Shown here piece after piece: positions 60,719 to 64,000 of a stretch of DNA of 64,000 nucleotides; position 1 is the stretch's first letter, and every line of letters begins with the position of its first letter. The DNA is taken from the NCBI GenBank assembly GCA_963769885.1, contig CAVYNH010000007.1, positions 256,001-320,000 of the forward strand. Reading direction: 5' to 3'. The notes beneath the pieces were generated by a model. The model searched no databases. It was not told the origin of the DNA and saw nothing but the letters and a program-made list of their open reading frames with translations. The translations under genes were made by a program, and so were the position numbers. The DNA is from Methanobacteriota archaeon (GTDB lineage Archaea > Thermoplasmatota > E2 > DHVEG-1).

Positions 60719-61453
60719 TCACGAAGTAACCTTGAGATACGGCCGCAGTACCGACAGTACGTCACGGAGGTCCTTGCGCTCCACGACGTAGTCCGCAGCC
60801 GTCCGCACGCAAACGTCCTCGGGGTCAAACGCGACGCCTAGCCCAGCAATCTCGAACATCGGGATATCAAAACAGGAGTTGCCCACGGCCGCGCATGCGG
60901 AGAGCGAGATATGGGTTTTTTGCGCTAGCGACCGGACGTTCTCCTCTTTCCGCGTCAGCCGGACCACAACCGTGCTCTCACCCGTCAGCCGGCCGCGGCG
61001 GTCAGTCTGGACCCCGTTGGCCTGAACGTGGTCGATTCCAAGGTTCTCCGCTACCCGGTTCGCCAGGAAATCCAGGCCCGCGCTCACGATGGCAGTCTGG
61101 ATGCCAGCAGCCGTCAACGTCCGGATGCACTCCTCCGCCCCGGGCATGAACGGAATCTCAGCGAGGATACCCTCGACCGCCTCCTTCTTCACCAGGCGAC
61201 CGTGATCCTGCCAGAGCATGACGTCCCTGCGGATAAACTCCGCATCATCTATCTCTCCTCGGAGATAGGTCATGACGGACTCATCGTTCGTCGTGTCGAA
61301 ATGATTGTGAATATGACGCCAGGAGCTGGGCGTATCCAGGAGCACACCGTCCATATCGAATATCACGAGGCGGATCGCCTCCGGGCTGCGGGGCGGCTTC
61401 TGCACTGGCAGGCGCCCGCTCCGATAACAGGGATATGTGCACTGCTGTTTCAT
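60719..61453 (-). CDS. HAD-IB phosphatase (phosphoserine phosphatase-like)
   Basis: FDMDGVL, SSW..IH, IVSAG, ANG, K, AVGNS..D.PMF. Start uncertain. Confidence 0.85.
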   Translation of the reverse strand: MKQQCTYPCYRSGRLPVQKPPRSPEAIRLVIFDMDGVLLDTPSSWRHIHNHFDTTNDESVMTYLRGEIDDAEFIRRDVMLWQDHGRLVKKEAVEGILAEIPFMPGAEECIRTLTAAGIQTAIVSAGLDFLANRVAENLGIDHVQANGVQTDRRGRLTGESTVVVRLTRKEENVRSLAQKTHISLSACAAVGNSCFDIPMFEIAGLGVAFDPEDVCVRTAADYVVERKDLRDVLSVLRPYLKVTS

Positions 61454-61573
61454 GGACCTGAGGCTATTCTTCACCCCTATAAAAAGCATTCCTCCAACAG
61501 ATTTTCCTCCAAAGAGGCTCAATGTACAAATATTTATTAATCTGCACGGATATTGAAGACGGGGGAACACATC

Positions 61574-63016
61574 ATGAACCACACACTATCGCATCTCTTC
61601 TTCGCCCTGTTCTGCAGCTTACTCTTCCTCGGCCAACTCACCATAGCTCAAGCCACGCCGACCAAGACCGCCTCGCAGCCGAAAAGCCTCGCCCTCTACG
61701 ACCTCCTCATCATCACACCCCAACAATACCTCAACGAACTCCGACCCCTGGTCACCCACAAGAACTCTCTTGGCGTGAGAACCAGGATGGTCTCCTTATC
61801 CGACGTCTACCACCAGGAGTTTTGGGGCCGCGACAACCCAGAGAAGATCAAACTCTTCATCAAACAAGCAGTCGAGGCATGGGGCATCAGCTACGTCATG
61901 CTCGTCGGCGACTTCACCCAGATGCCAATCCGCTACGTCTACAACGCGGACAACAACACCGGCTGGCCCGAGCCCATGTTCATCTCAGAACTCTACTACG
62001 CCGACCTCTACGACAGCACCGGCAACTTCTCCAGCTGGGACACCAACGGCAACGGCCGCTACGGCGAATGGTTCGGCAACACCTCCGAAGACCCCAACAT
62101 CGACCTCTACCCCGACGTCTACGTCGGCAGACTCGCCTGCCGCAACGCCGGCGAAGCCCGCACCATGGTCCACAAGATCATCACCTACGAGAACACCGCC
62201 TACAACGCCTCCTGGTACTACCGCATGGTCGTCTGCGCCGGCGACACCTACCCCGAGGCCCTCAACCCCAACTGGACCGGCTACGAAGGCGAAGAAAACA
62301 CCCAAGACGCCCTCGACAACATGACCGGCTTCACCCCCGTCAAACTCTGGACCTCGGACGGTTCCTTCACTGGACCCAAGGACGTCATCCGCGCCATTAA
62401 CAAAGGCTGCGGCTTCCTCTACTTCGAAGGACACGCCAACGCCTACCACTGGAGCACGCACCCGCCCAACGACCCCAAGAACTGGACCGACGGCCTCTCA
62501 ACCACCAACATGCACGACCTCCACAACGGACGCATGCTCCCCATCTGCGTGGTCGGCGGCTGCCATAACAACGAGTTCGATGTCACCCCCCGCAACATCA
62601 TCAAGGGCCTCCTCACCCAAGGCCTCCGCTACTTCCACCGTCACCCCGCCGGCGACTTCTGGCATTTCACCTGGATCAAGGAATGCTGGGGCTGGACCCT
62701 CACCAGACTCGCCATTGGTGGCTCCATCGCCACCATCGGCTGCACCGGCCTGGGCATGTCCAAAGAAGACAAAGAATCATTCAGCGGCGCCGGCGACTAC
62801 CTCGAACCCACCTTCTTCTACGAAGTCGGCACCAACCACTCAGACATCCTCGGCAAAGCCTGGGGCAACGCGATCCGTGACTACCTCAACCGCTACCCCA
62901 TCGACTGGAACACCAGGGCAGCCTGGGACTCCGCCATCGACGCCAAAACCGTCCAACAATGGGCGCTCTTCGGCGACCCCAGCCTCAAGATCGGCGGCTA
63001 CCCACCGACTTCTTAA
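61574..63016 (+). CDS. Secreted C25 (gingipain-like) peptidase
   Basis: Signal peptide; MLVGD, SELYYAD, PD.YVGRL, FEGHA (His), GGCH (Cys), LFGDPSLKIGGY. Confidence 0.9.
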   Translation: MNHTLSHLFFALFCSLLFLGQLTIAQATPTKTASQPKSLALYDLLIITPQQYLNELRPLVTHKNSLGVRTRMVSLSDVYHQEFWGRDNPEKIKLFIKQAVEAWGISYVMLVGDFTQMPIRYVYNADNNTGWPEPMFISELYYADLYDSTGNFSSWDTNGNGRYGEWFGNTSEDPNIDLYPDVYVGRLACRNAGEARTMVHKIITYENTAYNASWYYRMVVCAGDTYPEALNPNWTGYEGEENTQDALDNMTGFTPVKLWTSDGSFTGPKDVIRAINKGCGFLYFEGHANAYHWSTHPPNDPKNWTDGLSTTNMHDLHNGRMLPICVVGGCHNNEFDVTPRNIIKGLLTQGLRYFHRHPAGDFWHFTWIKECWGWTLTRLAIGGSIATIGCTGLGMSKEDKESFSGAGDYLEPTFFYEVGTNHSDILGKAWGNAIRDYLNRYPIDWNTRAAWDSAIDAKTVQQWALFGDPSLKIGGYPPTS

Positions 63017-63084
63017 CCTATTTTATCTCATTTCTTCGTAAAGATTTAAAAAGGAAAAGAACCATGAAAACAGGGGCATACACT

Positions 63085-64000
63085 ATGACGCATCCGCACC
63101 CGAAGACCACCATCCTCCTCATCCTCACCACCATCCTCCTCACCCCACTCCCAGGCCTCACAACCGCCCAATACACCCACGCACTGACCACACCAGAGCA
63201 GCCCACCCTCGGGCCCGGCATCTACCAACTCCTCATCATCACCCCCAAAGAATTCGCTAACGCCCTCGAACCACTCCGGGCACACAAAGAAACCATCGGT
63301 ATCCACACCCGCATCATCACCCTCACCGACCTCTACACCTACGCCCCCCAAGGCCGCGACAACGCCGAAAAAGTCAAACTCTTCATCCAACTCGCCATGC
63401 AACACTGGGGCATCCGCTACGTCCTCCTCGTCGGCGGCCGCAGCAGCCAGTTTCTCAACCGCTGGTACTGCCCCGTCCGCTACGTCAGCTCCAGCGACGA
63501 CTGGGAAACCCAATACCTCTCCGACCTCTACTTCGCCGACATCTACAACGCCACCGGCCAATTCTCCACCTGGGACTCCAACAACAACAACCTCTATGGT
63601 GAATGGTACCCCGGCGAGGCTGCCCTCGACACCGACATCGACTACACCCCCGACGTCGCCATCGGCCGCCTCCCCTGCCGTAACACCCGAGAAGTCACCA
63701 CCATCGTCAATAAGATCATCACATACGAGAACACCGCCTTCAACTCCACCTGGTATCACACCTTCCTCGTCGCCGCCGGCGACACCTACCCCGCCTGCAC
63801 CAACGCCAGCTGGGTCGGCTACGAAGGCGAATACTACGGCGACCGCGCCATCGAAAACATGACCGGATTCACCCCCACCCGGCTCTACACCTCAACCCAG
63901 GCCTTCCAAACCAAAGACGACATCATCACCGCCCTCCACGCCGGCGCTGGGTTCGTCTACCTCGTCGGCCACGGCAGCCCAAAACAATGGGGCAACCACG
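63085..64000 (+). CDS. Secreted C25 (gingipain-like) peptidase, 3'-truncated by window edge (tandem paralog)
   Basis: Absent from the ORF track because there is no stop. Translation shows a signal peptide, YQLLIITP, YVLLVGG, SDLYFADIY, PDVAIGRLPCRN, AAGDTYP and VGHG. Confidence 0.88.
   Translation, partial: MTHPHPKTTILLILTTILLTPLPGLTTAQYTHALTTPEQPTLGPGIYQLLIITPKEFANALEPLRAHKETIGIHTRIITLTDLYTYAPQGRDNAEKVKLFIQLAMQHWGIRYVLLVGGRSSQFLNRWYCPVRYVSSSDDWETQYLSDLYFADIYNATGQFSTWDSNNNNLYGEWYPGEAALDTDIDYTPDVAIGRLPCRNTREVTTIVNKIITYENTAFNSTWYHTFLVAAGDTYPACTNASWVGYEGEYYGDRAIENMTGFTPTRLYTSTQAFQTKDDIITALHAGAGFVYLVGHGSPKQWGNH

Noticed and set aside
1-64000. Many long antisense or alternative-frame ORFs (e.g. 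9710-10570, 12768-13871, 15878-16945, 44942-46132, 59063-59989)
   Set aside because: They shadow well-supported genes and have low-complexity V/G/D- or T/S/P-rich translations, as expected from high GC and extreme third-position bias.
1-64000. CRISPR array, rRNA or tRNA genes
   Set aside because: No regularly spaced direct repeats or cloverleaf/T-loop-with-stems pattern seen. GTTCAAATC at about 37280 lacks tRNA stems. tRNAscan-SE would be definitive.

Overview
Archaeal chromosomal segment, most consistent with a Thermoplasmatota of the MBG-D/Thermoprofundales type. This is inferred from archaeal radA, dnaG, leuS, srp54, the aIF1A-RIO1-KH operon, TATA-like promoters and many secreted gingipain-like C25 peptidases. 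Housekeeping genes (radA, thi4, dnaG, metG, purC, nadE, leuS, srp54, glycerate kinase) are interleaved with about 11 large secreted or surface proteins (four C25, one C13-like and one M28-like peptidase; PQQ- and Asp-box propellers; PKD domains). Other content: a leucine/branched acyl-CoA (liu-like) cluster with a geranylgeranyl reductase, a CoA-transferase/thiolase/DUF35 cluster, a KaiC-like cluster and a TnpA-only IS200/IS605 element. Best novelty candidates: (i) a chimeric protein with a RadA-like HhH N-terminus fused to an MCM-type AAA+ core, coupled to nadE; (ii) a small peptide-hairpin-radical SAM/SPASM locus, a putative archaeal RiPP; (iii) recurrent C-terminal tails on unrelated secreted proteins, suggesting an undescribed sorting or anchoring system; (iv) a gingipain with about 350 aa inserted between its catalytic His and Cys; (v) C/A versus G/T strand skew that flips every 5-10 kb, sometimes inside genes. 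No rRNA, tRNA or CRISPR array was recognised. All calls come from motif reading by eye; no searches were run.
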